DNA of 32,000 nt from assembly GCF_008189405.1 (NCBI RefSeq), contig NZ_CP043316.1:510001-542000 (forward strand). The letters run 5' to 3'. Positions 16,723 to 26,020 of this stretch are shown piece after piece. The stretch is from Candidatus Saccharimonadota bacterium. Lineage in GTDB: Bacteria; Pseudomonadota; Alphaproteobacteria; CAJXXZ01; 1604HC. The notes under the pieces were generated by a model. The model did no database searches, was not told the origin of the DNA, and worked only from the letters and a program-made list of their open reading frames with translations. Within the stretch, counting starts at the first letter, position 1. Each line of letters opens with the position of its first letter. A program made the translations under genes and the position numbers.

Positions 16723-17217
16723 GTGTTATTGTTTTATTTATGCTTATTTTATTTATCACTATCATTATGAAACTAAATCGCCCACCATTTATTAGTTTGA
16801 TTCAGGATTATATATCAATCATATATATCATTCATTTCAGTTCATGAGAACAATTTGAATTCAATAAAAACATAACTAAATTCTATTCCCAAAATAGCTA
16901 GGCTTAATAAAAAATCATATATATCATTTCTTAAAGTATAATCGCTTTAAAATATCTTTTATCCTGTAAAACAATTCTTATTGTTAAAGTCATTTCTAAT
17001 AAATATAATTATAAGGTTTGATATTTACAGCATACCTATTCATTATAAAGTATATAATCTCATATATATTGGAAACAATAAAAAATAATATTTTTGTAAA
17101 AATTTGATTATGTAAATTCACATAAAAAGCATTATCTAAATAAATTTAACAATTGCTGAACACAACAAATATGCTGCTCAATCTAATTTTATGGCAGAAA
17201 TGCCAGAGTGATATAAA

Positions 17218-17634
17218 TTAAAAAACACCTTTTTCAACAAATTTCACTTGCATAGGAAGCTTTGCTGCAGCAAGAGCTAACGCCTGCTTTGCAGTTTCTC
17301 CAGTCACACCAGCAATATCAAACAATATCGCACCAGGTCTAACCATAGCTACATATCTATCAACACTTCCTTTACCACTACCCATTCGGACTTCTTGCGG
17401 TTTAGAGCTAATAGGATTATGTGGAAAAATTCTAATTAACAATTTACCAGCACGTTTCATAGAACGTCTAATCGCACTACGACAAGCCTCAATTTGCCTT
17501 GAAGTAACACGTGCATGAGCCATGGCTTTTAATCCATACTCTCCCTGCAAACTAAAACCTCTAGTCGCCATACCTTTTGGAACTTTTTTCAATCCATATT
17601 TGAATTTTCTTTTTTTAGGTTGTAACATACTCAT
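17218..17634 (-). CDS. rplP: 50S ribosomal protein L16
   Basis: MLQPKKRKFKY and RMGSGKGSVDRYVAMVRPG. Start at 17634, or at the third codon (17628). Confidence 0.95.
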   Translation of the reverse strand: MSMLQPKKRKFKYGLKKVPKGMATRGFSLQGEYGLKAMAHARVTSRQIEACRSAIRRSMKRAGKLLIRIFPHNPISSKPQEVRMGSGKGSVDRYVAMVRPGAILFDIAGVTGETAKQALALAAAKLPMQVKFVEKGVF

Positions 17635-17638
17635 TTAA

Positions 17639-18271
17639 TTATTTACTCCTTATTCCTTTATAGGTCCATACTTTCACACCACATAAACCAGAGTTGGTTT
17701 TAGCAACAGCTAATGCATAATCTATATCAGCTCTTATAGTATGCCTAGGAACACTACCTTGTGCAATTGCAAACTTTCTAGCGATTTCAACTCCACCCAA
17801 TCTACCAGAACAAATAATTTTAATTCCTTTAAGACCAAATCTCATTGCATCAGCAACATATCTTTTAATCAAAAATTTATATTGCTTTCCTTTAGAAATA
17901 TCAAAAGCGATTTTTTCTGCTATGCACTTAGCATCCATCTCTGGCTTTCTAACAGGATTAACCTGTATTTTCAAAGACGCAGTTTCAGGCAAAGCTGAAG
18001 CAATTCTATCTTTCAATAAATCTAAATCTCTCCCAGATTTACCTATGATAATTCCAGGTCTCGCAGCCTTAATCTCTATATGTATATTATTAGATAATCT
18101 AGCAATATTTACAGCAGACATATCCCATCTATAAGCTTTATCAAAAGATCTCATTAAAGATCTTATTTTTTCATCTTCAAGAATATTCTTAGCATATGAT
18201 TTGTAATTACAAAACCAATCAGAAGAATACTTCTTTGCCCATAAATTAAATAAAGGTACCTTATTACCCAT
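17639..18271 (-). CDS. rpsC: 30S ribosomal protein S3
   Basis: MGNKV start, KH domain and GRLGGVEIAR. Confidence 0.95.
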   Translation of the reverse strand: MGNKVPLFNLWAKKYSSDWFCNYKSYAKNILEDEKIRSLMRSFDKAYRWDMSAVNIARLSNNIHIEIKAARPGIIIGKSGRDLDLLKDRIASALPETASLKIQVNPVRKPEMDAKCIAEKIAFDISKGKQYKFLIKRYVADAMRFGLKGIKIICSGRLGGVEIARKFAIAQGSVPRHTIRADIDYALAVAKTNSGLCGVKVWTYKGIRSK

Positions 18272-18289
18272 TAAACACCAAACCTTACT

Positions 18290-18625
18290 TTAAACATTTT
18301 TTAAAACCACTCTTATATTAGAAAAAGGTCTGTACTTAGTTCCAACTCTTCCTCTACCTTTAAACTCTATTCTTTTCAAATACTTTCCTCTTCCAACTAC
18401 AACTTCATCTACTATTAATGATCCATCAATACCTTTGTCCATCGCGTTAGCAATAGCTGAATCAACCAATGTTTTCAAAATTCTAGCATATTTCCCTGGC
18501 ATATGATCTAAAGCTCCAACAACTCTATGAGCATCACACCCACTCATTGATCTAGCAATCATTTGAAAACAAAATGGCTTACCATATATTTTATTGCTTT
18601 TCGCAACTACAAATCTATTAATCAT
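18290..18625 (-). CDS. rplV: 50S ribosomal protein L22
   Basis: 111 aa, [15 protein letters not shown] and [12 protein letters not shown], conserved position. Confidence 0.93.
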   Translation of the reverse strand: MINRFVVAKSNKIYGKPFCFQMIARSMSGCDAHRVVGALDHMPGKYARILKTLVDSAIANAMDKGIDGSLIVDEVVVGRGKYLKRIEFKGRGRVGTKYRPFSNIRVVLKNV

Positions 18626-18894
18626 TTATTAGCCCTCTTATTTCCATGAGGCAAATGCTTTCTAGTAAAAGAAAATTCACCTAACTTATGACCAATCATA
18701 GCTTCTGTAACATAAACAGGAATAAACTTTCTCCCATTATGTACCAAAAAAGTTATACCAACAAAAGATGGAATAATCATTGATCTTCTAGACCAAGTTT
18801 TAATTGATCCAACTTTTTTTCCTTCTTTATTTCTCTCAACATGTTTGAACAAGTGAGAATCAACAAAAGGTCCTTTAATTATTGATCTACTCAT
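18622..18894 (-). CDS. rpsS: 30S ribosomal protein S19
   Basis: [12 protein letters not shown] and [20 protein letters not shown]. Confidence 0.95.
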   Translation of the reverse strand: MSRSIIKGPFVDSHLFKHVERNKEGKKVGSIKTWSRRSMIIPSFVGITFLVHNGRKFIPVYVTEAMIGHKLGEFSFTRKHLPHGNKRANK

Positions 18895-19745
18895 TTTTTA
18901 GATCCTCCCACAATCATTTTATTTACTTTTCTCTTAGATCTTGTCTTCTTACCTTTAGCAGAAAGACCCCAAGGAGAACAAGGGTGTCTACCACCAGAAG
19001 TTTTACCTTCACCACCACCATGAGGGTGATCAACTGGGTTCATGGCAACACCACGCACATGAGGCTTAATGCCTTTCCATCTGTTTCTACCAGCTTTACC
19101 AATTTTCTCATTCTTATGATCAGGATTTGAAACAGATCCAATTATACACTTACAATCTCCTAAGAATTTTCTTTTTTCTCCAGAGGTAAGTTTCAGAATG
19201 ATATATTCGCCTTCTCTACCCAATATAGTAGAGTATGATCCAGCAGATCTAGAAACCACAGCTCCTCTACCAGGAACTAATTCAATGCTATGAACTTGAA
19301 CACCATTAGGCACATTTTTCAAAAACGTTGCATTTCCAGGAACAACAGACACTGTTTCACCAATTTCTATTTTATCTCCTTGCTTCATTCCAGCAGTAGT
19401 TAGCAAATATTTTCTTTCATTTCCAAAATCCACTAAAGAAATAAATCCAGTTCTGGAAGGATCATATTCAAATCTCTCAATAATTCCAGACTTATTCCAA
19501 ATAGATTTGTCATAAAAAGAAACCATTCTCATTATATATTTCGATCCACCACCTCTATATCTTACAGTCAATTTTCCAGAAGAGTTTCTTCCACCTTTTC
19601 TAGCAACACCTTTAACTAAAGATTTTACAGGAGACCCTTTCCACAAAGATCTTTTATCAACTAATACTGTTCCTCTTTGAGCTGGAGTCATAGGATCATA
19701 ATATTTTAAAACAACTTCTTGAGATGTGATTATATTGCTTTTCAT
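18891..19745 (-). CDS. rplB: 50S ribosomal protein L2
   Basis: [23 protein letters not shown]. Confidence 0.95.
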   Translation of the reverse strand: MKSNIITSQEVVLKYYDPMTPAQRGTVLVDKRSLWKGSPVKSLVKGVARKGGRNSSGKLTVRYRGGGSKYIMRMVSFYDKSIWNKSGIIERFEYDPSRTGFISLVDFGNERKYLLTTAGMKQGDKIEIGETVSVVPGNATFLKNVPNGVQVHSIELVPGRGAVVSRSAGSYSTILGREGEYIILKLTSGEKRKFLGDCKCIIGSVSNPDHKNEKIGKAGRNRWKGIKPHVRGVAMNPVDHPHGGGEGKTSGGRHPCSPWGLSAKGKKTRSKRKVNKMIVGGSKK

Positions 19746-20053
19746 GATGCAACCTCCGTAATCTTAGAAATATCTTCTTTTGAAATTCTAACAAATGCTT
19801 TTTTGAAAGATGCTTTCTTTCCTTTCACACCCTTAAAGAATTTCGATTTGCTTTTCACATTACAAGTATTAACATCAATAACATCTACTCCAAGCATATT
19901 CTTACACATTGATTTAATAATGCTTTTTGAAATATCTTTGCTAAATTTTAGTGTCAACACACCATACTTAGACATAGCTATCGCTTTTTCAGAGAAAATA
20001 TTCCCGCTAAATTTCTTGATAATCGAGCTTAACAACATAATTTCTTGATTCAT
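19742..20053 (-). CDS. rplW: 50S ribosomal protein L23
   Basis: 103 aa at the position between rplD and rplB, with the KFFKGVKGKKASFKKAFV tail typical of L23. Confidence 0.9.
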   Translation of the reverse strand: MNQEIMLLSSIIKKFSGNIFSEKAIAMSKYGVLTLKFSKDISKSIIKSMCKNMLGVDVIDVNTCNVKSKSKFFKGVKGKKASFKKAFVRISKEDISKITEVAS

Positions 20054-20742
20054 TTTAATCTACCTTCCATATCTTCCAAAACATTCTTATCAAATACAAC
20101 GATATCATGCTTTAAAATAGACAAAGAGTTAAGACCTGCTAATTTCAATAAATTCACATTATGAAGATTTGACGCCCCTCTTTCAAACGACTCTTGAAAA
20201 GTATTTGCAATAAACAACACTTTTATCTTAGATTGATCTTTCAAAATTTTCTTATCTTTATCTTTAAACACTTTTTTTGCGCTATCTTTCAAAATGTTTT
20301 CTAGCATTTTTGAAAAATCAGAAGTTTTATTAGATGAGTGATTTGCAAGATCATCAACAAACAAAATACTTTCTTCATTCATTTTTTTAGAGATAGACAT
20401 TTTAACTGCTAATTTCTTAACTTTTTTATTAAGATCAAACTCATAAGATCTAGGCTTTGGGCCAAAGGAAACTCCACCACCTCTAAAGTGAGGCTCTCTA
20501 CCATCACCCTGCCTAGCTTTTCCACTTTCCTTTTGAGGTCTACACTTTTTTGTAGAACCAGAAACTTCAGAAACGCCTTTAGTTGAGTGAGTTCCTTGTC
20601 TATTTTTAGACATATGCCATCTAATCACTTCATACAAAACAACTTGATTCACTTTTACTGAAAATATAGATGGATCCAGATTCACATTTCCAACAGACAC
20701 ACCTTCAAAATTCAAAACGCTATTCATTAATTCTTTATTCAT
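20050..20742 (-). CDS. rplD: 50S ribosomal protein L4
   Basis: RQGTHSTKGVSEVSGSTKKCRPQKESGKARQGD and GGGVSFGPKPRSY. Confidence 0.95.
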   Translation of the reverse strand: MNKELMNSVLNFEGVSVGNVNLDPSIFSVKVNQVVLYEVIRWHMSKNRQGTHSTKGVSEVSGSTKKCRPQKESGKARQGDGREPHFRGGGVSFGPKPRSYEFDLNKKVKKLAVKMSISKKMNEESILFVDDLANHSSNKTSDFSKMLENILKDSAKKVFKDKDKKILKDQSKIKVLFIANTFQESFERGASNLHNVNLLKLAGLNSLSILKHDIVVFDKNVLEDMEGRLK

Positions 20743-21401
20743 AACTTCTCTCCCAAAGATACAGATTTATACAAACCACAGAAAGAGCCTTTAGATCCAG
20801 GCACGGCACCATAAACACCAACAATAGATCCACCGCTATCTAATAAATCAACTTTTTCTTCGATATATTTGATTTTCATATTCTTAACAGTAATTGTTTC
20901 AGCACCATATCTTCCAGCCATTTTCTTACCTTTTAGAACTCTGCTTGGCTTTCTAGAACCTGTAGAACCACCACTCCTATGTGCTTTTGACACACCATGA
21001 GAAGCTCTTAATCCACTAAATCCATGCCTTTTCATACCACCAGAGAATCCTCTACCAAGACTAATTCCTTGAACATCAACGAATTCATTTTGAGCAAAAA
21101 AGTCTGAAACAGAAATAGCGTCACCTATGTTGAATTTCTCAACATTCATAACTCTAAACTCTTTTACTTTTTCAAACACTCTTCCTTCATATTGACAAAG
21201 ACCATGTTGAGATTTGTTCCAAGATTTCAAGCTTGAATTACCGAAACCAATTATAACAGCAGAATAGCCATCACGATCCATAGTTTTAAAACCAATAACA
21301 ATAGGAGACTCAATATATAACAATGTAAGAGGAATAAAACTTCCATCACACATTACTTGAGACATTCCCATTTTCTTACATAACAATCCAAAATTTTTCA
21401 T
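20739..21401 (-). CDS. rplC: 50S ribosomal protein L3
   Basis: GLLCKKMGMSQV start and GFSGGMKRHGF. Confidence 0.95.
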   Translation of the reverse strand: MKNFGLLCKKMGMSQVMCDGSFIPLTLLYIESPIVIGFKTMDRDGYSAVIIGFGNSSLKSWNKSQHGLCQYEGRVFEKVKEFRVMNVEKFNIGDAISVSDFFAQNEFVDVQGISLGRGFSGGMKRHGFSGLRASHGVSKAHRSGGSTGSRKPSRVLKGKKMAGRYGAETITVKNMKIKYIEEKVDLLDSGGSIVGVYGAVPGSKGSFCGLYKSVSLGEKL

Positions 21402-21790
21402 GCTTTAATCTCAATCTCCACTGATGCAGGAATGGAACAACTTCCATCCAAAATATCCATCACTTCTTTCGAAGAGGGTAGTTCTATAATTCTTGTTCTC
21501 ACAAATCTCTCAAGCTGATGTCTAGCTTTTTTGTCAATGTGAGGACTAGAAAGAATAGTCCATACTTTTCGCTTTTTAGGCAAAGGCACAGGACCTATTA
21601 CATTTCCAGAACCTATTACTTTTTTAACATTTTCTACCAAAAGCAATGCAGCTTTATCTAATGAAAATACATCAGAAGATCTTAAAATAACTCTAACAAA
21701 GCCTTTTTTCTTAAATTTCTTCTTTAATATTCCACTAACTGAATCAGTTTTCTTTTTCTGCTCAGTATTCATATTTTCCCTTACTATCAT
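21398..21790 (-). CDS. rpsJ: 30S ribosomal protein S10 with a lysine-rich extension of about 27 aa at the N-terminus
   Basis: Core VRVILRSSD...GPVPLPKKRKVWTILSSPHIDKKARHQLE. The track start at 21796 is TTG. The ATG at 21790 has GAAGGA 6 nt upstream. Confidence 0.93.
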   Translation of the reverse strand: MIVRENMNTEQKKKTDSVSGILKKKFKKKGFVRVILRSSDVFSLDKAALLLVENVKKVIGSGNVIGPVPLPKKRKVWTILSSPHIDKKARHQLERFVRTRIIELPSSKEVMDILDGSCSIPASVEIEIKA

Positions 21791-21836
21791 AAACAATCCT
21801 TCACGAGATTAACGCATATTATCAAATAAATCAATC

Positions 21837-23897
21837 TCACTTTAAAATACTTTCTACCAAATTCTTAGGCACAGATCTGTAATGATCAAAAGACATAGAG
21901 AAAGTAGCTCTACCTTGAGTACTAGATCTCAAATCATTAATATATCCAAACATAGAGGATAGAGGTACAAAATACTTAATAATATTAGTTCCTCCAGCCA
22001 AATATTCTTTGTCTTCAAAAACACCACGCCTTTTTGTCAAATCACCTTCAATGCTACCAACATACTCTTCTGGCGCAATGACTTCTACTTTCATCACAGG
22101 CTCTAGAAGTACTGACCCACTCTTAATTGCTTGCCTAAAACCTTCTTTAGCAGCAATTTCGAACGCATAAACACTAGAGTCAACATCATGGTAAGATCCA
22201 TCAATAAGGCTCACTCTAAAGTCAACAACAGGATAACCATACAAACCAGAAGTCAATGCAGATTTTAATCCTTTTTCAACTCCAGGAATATATTCAATAG
22301 GAATCGCTCCACCACGAATTTTGTTAACAAATTGGAAACCCTCTCCTCTTTCTAGAGGTTCGAAAATCATTTCCACTTTCGCATATTGACCAGCTCCACC
22401 ACTTTGCTTTTTGTGCTCATACAAAATTTTAGAATCTTTGCTAATAGTTTCTCTGTATGCAACCTGAGGATTACCAACAAGAGCATCAACTTTAAATTCT
22501 CTTTTCAATCTATCTACAATAATTTCAAGCTGCAATTCACCCATTCCGTGAATCAAAGTCTGATCTGTTTCATGATCTGAGCTAACCTTAAATGAAGGGT
22601 CTTCTTTTACAAGAGATTCCAAACCTTTAGCAAGCTTATCTCTATCTGCTTTGGTTTTAGGCTCAACAGAAAGAGAAATCACAGGATCAGGAGCTGAAAT
22701 TGTCTCCAACACAATCTTGTTTTGGGCATCACAAAGAGTATCACCAGTAACAGCATCAATTCCACAAAGCGCAATTACATCACCAGCACTTGCATGTTTA
22801 ATATCTTCTCTATCATTCGCATGAAGAATCAACATTCTACCTACACGAACTTTAGATCCGCGACTACTATTGTAAATCTGATCTCCAGCAGAAATCTTAC
22901 CAGAATAAACTCTGAAATATGTCAAAGAACCGACAAATTGGTCACATGTAATCTTAAATGCAAGACCACAAAATGGCTCATTTTCATCAGCTTTTCTAAT
23001 AATTTCTTCTTTGCTAACAGGATCAATTCCCTTTGTAGCAGGCAAATCCAAAGGAGATGGCAAGTAATCTATAACTGCATCAAGAAGTGTTTGCACACCC
23101 TTATTTTTAAATGCAGATCCACAAAATACAGGAAAGATTTTAGATCCAATCACAGCAGATCTAATCGCATCCTTTATTTCTTGCGCAGAAGCTTCTTCAC
23201 CATTCAAGTATTTGCCCATAATATTGTCATCAAATTCTGAAACAACATCAATTAATTTTTCTCTATATTCATTTGCTTGCTCAACCAAATCTTCAGGAAT
23301 ATCAATCACATCAAAAGATGCACCAAGGTTATCACCTTTCCAAACAATTGCATTCATCTCAACGATGTTTACAATTCCTTTGAACTCAGATTCTGAACCA
23401 ATAGGAATATTAAGCGCAACACCTTTTGCACCCAATCTAGATTTGATCATATCAAAACATCTGAAAAAATCAGCTCCAGATCTATCCATCTTGTTTACAA
23501 AACAAATTCTAGGAACTGCATGCTTATCAGCTTGCCTCCATACAGTTTCAGATTGAGGCTCAACACCAGCAACACCATCAAAAACAACAACTGCACCATC
23601 AAGAACCCTCAAAGATCTCTCTACTTCAATTGTAAAATCAACGTGACCTGGAGTGTCAATCAAATTAAATTGATGATCTTTCCAAAAACATGTTGTGGCA
23701 GCAGAAACGATAGTAATTCCACGCTCTTGCTCTTGAGCCATATAATCCATAGTAGCCGCACCATCATGAACTTCACCAATTTTATAAGTTTTACCTGTAT
23801 AATAAAGAATTCTTTCAGTAGTAGTGGTCTTACCAGCATCAATATGAGCAACAATACCAATATTTCTGTATAACTTTAAATCAATTTTTGAAGCCAT
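21837..23897 (-). CDS. fusA: Elongation factor G
   Basis: [27 protein letters not shown] and NKMDR. 686 aa. Confidence 0.97.
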   Translation of the reverse strand: MASKIDLKLYRNIGIVAHIDAGKTTTTERILYYTGKTYKIGEVHDGAATMDYMAQEQERGITIVSAATTCFWKDHQFNLIDTPGHVDFTIEVERSLRVLDGAVVVFDGVAGVEPQSETVWRQADKHAVPRICFVNKMDRSGADFFRCFDMIKSRLGAKGVALNIPIGSESEFKGIVNIVEMNAIVWKGDNLGASFDVIDIPEDLVEQANEYREKLIDVVSEFDDNIMGKYLNGEEASAQEIKDAIRSAVIGSKIFPVFCGSAFKNKGVQTLLDAVIDYLPSPLDLPATKGIDPVSKEEIIRKADENEPFCGLAFKITCDQFVGSLTYFRVYSGKISAGDQIYNSSRGSKVRVGRMLILHANDREDIKHASAGDVIALCGIDAVTGDTLCDAQNKIVLETISAPDPVISLSVEPKTKADRDKLAKGLESLVKEDPSFKVSSDHETDQTLIHGMGELQLEIIVDRLKREFKVDALVGNPQVAYRETISKDSKILYEHKKQSGGAGQYAKVEMIFEPLERGEGFQFVNKIRGGAIPIEYIPGVEKGLKSALTSGLYGYPVVDFRVSLIDGSYHDVDSSVYAFEIAAKEGFRQAIKSGSVLLEPVMKVEVIAPEEYVGSIEGDLTKRRGVFEDKEYLAGGTNIIKYFVPLSSMFGYINDLRSSTQGRATFSMSFDHYRSVPKNLVESILK

Positions 23898-24370
23898 TAC
23901 TTGCTCCCAAAATGTTCAAATGCTTTGTTAGCCTCAGCCATCTTATGAACATTTTCTCTCTTGGTCATTGCATCACTTTTTCCACCACTAATAATGTTTA
24001 TTAATTCAGAAGAAAATTTCTTGATCATGCACATGCCTTTTTTATTATTTGCAGCATCAATAGTCCACTTCAAAGCAAGCATGTAAGCTCTCTTAGGCCT
24101 TACTTCAACAGGAACTGGATATGTAGATCCACCAACACGTCTAGACTTAACTTCAACTATAGGCTTGACCTTATTGATCACTTCTTTAGCAATTTTTTGA
24201 ACATCATTATTCAACTCTTCTGAAGCAATTCTAAATGACTCATTTACAATATTTTCAGCGATTTGCTTTTTACCATCTTTCATTACTCTTCTAACAAAAC
24301 TACCTAATATATCTCTATCGAATAATACATTAGAATCTGATTTGCTTAATTTACTTTTTCTACGACCCAT
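23897..24370 (-). CDS. rpsG: 30S ribosomal protein S7
   Basis: [15 protein letters not shown], with AGGAG upstream of the ATG. Confidence 0.95.
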   Translation of the reverse strand: MGRRKSKLSKSDSNVLFDRDILGSFVRRVMKDGKKQIAENIVNESFRIASEELNNDVQKIAKEVINKVKPIVEVKSRRVGGSTYPVPVEVRPKRAYMLALKWTIDAANNKKGMCMIKKFSSELINIISGGKSDAMTKRENVHKMAEANKAFEHFGSK

Positions 24371-24379
24371 AAAAACTCC

Positions 24380-24760
24380 TTATTTCGGCTTAGAAGCACC
24401 GTATCTAGAACGAGCTCCCCTTCTTGCTTCGACACCTTTAGCATCTAAAATACCTCTAACTACCCTATAGTTTACACCAGGCAAATCAGGAGGACCTTTT
24501 CCTCTTACAAGCACAATAGAATGCTCTTGCAAAGAGTGACCTTCACCAGGAACTGCAGCAGTAACTTCGATTCCAGTTGTAAGCATAACCCTCACAACTT
24601 TTCTTTGAGCAGAGTTAGGCTTTCTTGGAGTCATGTTAAACACCTTAACACACGTCCCTTTTCTTTGTGGGGATCCTCTTAAAGCTGGAAACTTAACTCT
24701 ACTAGCTTTATCCTGTCTTCCACCATTACTTTTTCTACACAATTGTCTTAATGTTGGCAT
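24380..24760 (-). CDS. rpsL: 30S ribosomal protein S12
   Basis: MPTLRQL start, [12 protein letters not shown] and [13 protein letters not shown]. See the finding on the substituted streptomycin-resistance positions. Confidence 0.95.
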   Translation of the reverse strand: MPTLRQLCRKSNGGRQDKASRVKFPALRGSPQRKGTCVKVFNMTPRKPNSAQRKVVRVMLTTGIEVTAAVPGEGHSLQEHSIVLVRGKGPPDLPGVNYRVVRGILDAKGVEARRGARSRYGASKPK

Positions 24761-25098
24761 TATGACCTTTTATACCTTTCTTTTAATCTTGCTTTCTTAC
24801 CCTTAAGATCTCTTAGATAATACAACCTAGCTCTACGAACCTTTGCAGATCTTAATAGTTCAAATTTTACATTAGAATACAAGGGGAAAATGAATTCTAC
24901 CGCTTCATTTCCTATTACTTCTCTAAGCAATGCTGTAGAAGCACTTTTTCTAATGCACACCCCAACAAAAGGTTTAGAGCTTTTTTCTTCAGACTGAATA
25001 TGAGCAGCAACAGTATCTCCAGCTCTAAAATTATCTGAATTTAACCTTGCTACTGCTGCTTCCTTCTTTCGCTTTTCAAACAGTTCAAGAATGTACAT
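24760..25098 (-). CDS. rplS: 50S ribosomal protein L19
   Basis: FRAGDTV and [21 protein letters not shown]. The track start at 25125 is TTG. The ATG at 25098 has AAGGAG 4 nt upstream and overlaps the trmD end by 14 nt. Confidence 0.92.
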   Translation of the reverse strand: MYILELFEKRKKEAAVARLNSDNFRAGDTVAAHIQSEEKSSKPFVGVCIRKSASTALLREVIGNEAVEFIFPLYSNVKFELLRSAKVRRARLYYLRDLKGKKARLKERYKRS

Positions 25099-25867
25099 TT
25101 TTCTCCTTCTTTCTAATATACTCAACCCACAAATCAGATCTCCTGTTTTTGGTCAAAGTTTCACTGTTACTTTGCCTCCAACTAGAAATCTCTTTATGAT
25201 TTCCGGATTTTAGAACACACGGCGTATTGTACTCCATTTTACTATCCTTTGGAACCCAAATATCTGGCCTAGTATATTGATCATGCTCTAAAAGGCCATT
25301 TGAAAATGTATCACTTTCAATAGATTGCGGATTTCCAAGAACTCCAGGAATCAATCGAACGCAAGTTTCTACGAGAGTCATTGCAGCAACTTCCCCTCCA
25401 CATAAAATATAATCTCCCATACTTACTTCTTCTATTTCCCAATGCTTTAGCAATCTTGAATCTACACCTTCATATCTGCCACAAAGAATATGCAGATCAG
25501 TTTTGATTAATTCTGACGCATAACTTTGGTTGAAAGCCCTTCCTCTGGGAGACATATATATTATCTTCCCGCGATTACGAATTTCCTTATATTTATCATT
25601 TTTTTCTGCATTACTTTCAGAGTTATTTGCATGATTATAAGACTCATGTAGCCACGCATCTAAAACATCACACTTCATAACCATGCCAGGGCCACCTCCA
25701 AATGGAGTGTCATCAATAGTTTTGTGCTTGTCTTTTGTATAGTTTCGCAAATCTTGCACAAATAGGTTCCATTGCTTCCCATGAGATTTGCCCAAACAAG
25801 ACACACCTAAAGTTCCAGGGAAAACATTTGGAAATATAGTTCCAATATTTACATTCCATACAGACAT
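25085..25867 (-). CDS. trmD: tRNA (guanine37-N1)-methyltransferase
   Basis: DDTPFGGGPGMVMK and CGRYEGVDSRL SPOUT-knot motifs. Confidence 0.93.
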   Translation of the reverse strand: MSVWNVNIGTIFPNVFPGTLGVSCLGKSHGKQWNLFVQDLRNYTKDKHKTIDDTPFGGGPGMVMKCDVLDAWLHESYNHANNSESNAEKNDKYKEIRNRGKIIYMSPRGRAFNQSYASELIKTDLHILCGRYEGVDSRLLKHWEIEEVSMGDYILCGGEVAAMTLVETCVRLIPGVLGNPQSIESDTFSNGLLEHDQYTRPDIWVPKDSKMEYNTPCVLKSGNHKEISSWRQSNSETLTKNRRSDLWVEYIRKKEKNVHS

Positions 25868-26020
25868 GATCTTATGTTATGATAAAGAAAAATACATATC
25901 AATATATCAAATCATTATGACAATGCCACAAATACCATATCAATCGCACTAACAAGCATAATAGATCATAACTAAGCATGAAAGTGGACCTAATAATATA
26001 CAATATGGAAATTCGAAATT

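Noticed and set aside
15395-17217. Calling the rplP/rpmC insert a mobile element (IS, MITE or integron cassette).
   Set aside because: I could not identify a transposase or integrase, terminal inverted repeats at the boundaries, a target-site duplication or an attC-like site. Only the internal 25-bp duplication is present. It is reported as an insertion of unknown mechanism.
22722-23873. A chain of three overlapping plus-strand ORFs (172, 114 and 117 aa) antisense to fusA.
   Set aside because: They lie entirely inside the strongly conserved EF-G coding sequence and have low-complexity S/N/I/F-rich translations. These are typical shadow ORFs. The same applies to 9885..10193 (in secY), 19719..20048 (in rplW), 27480..27875 and 28011..28226 (in the RND adaptor), and 17741..18134 (in rpsC).
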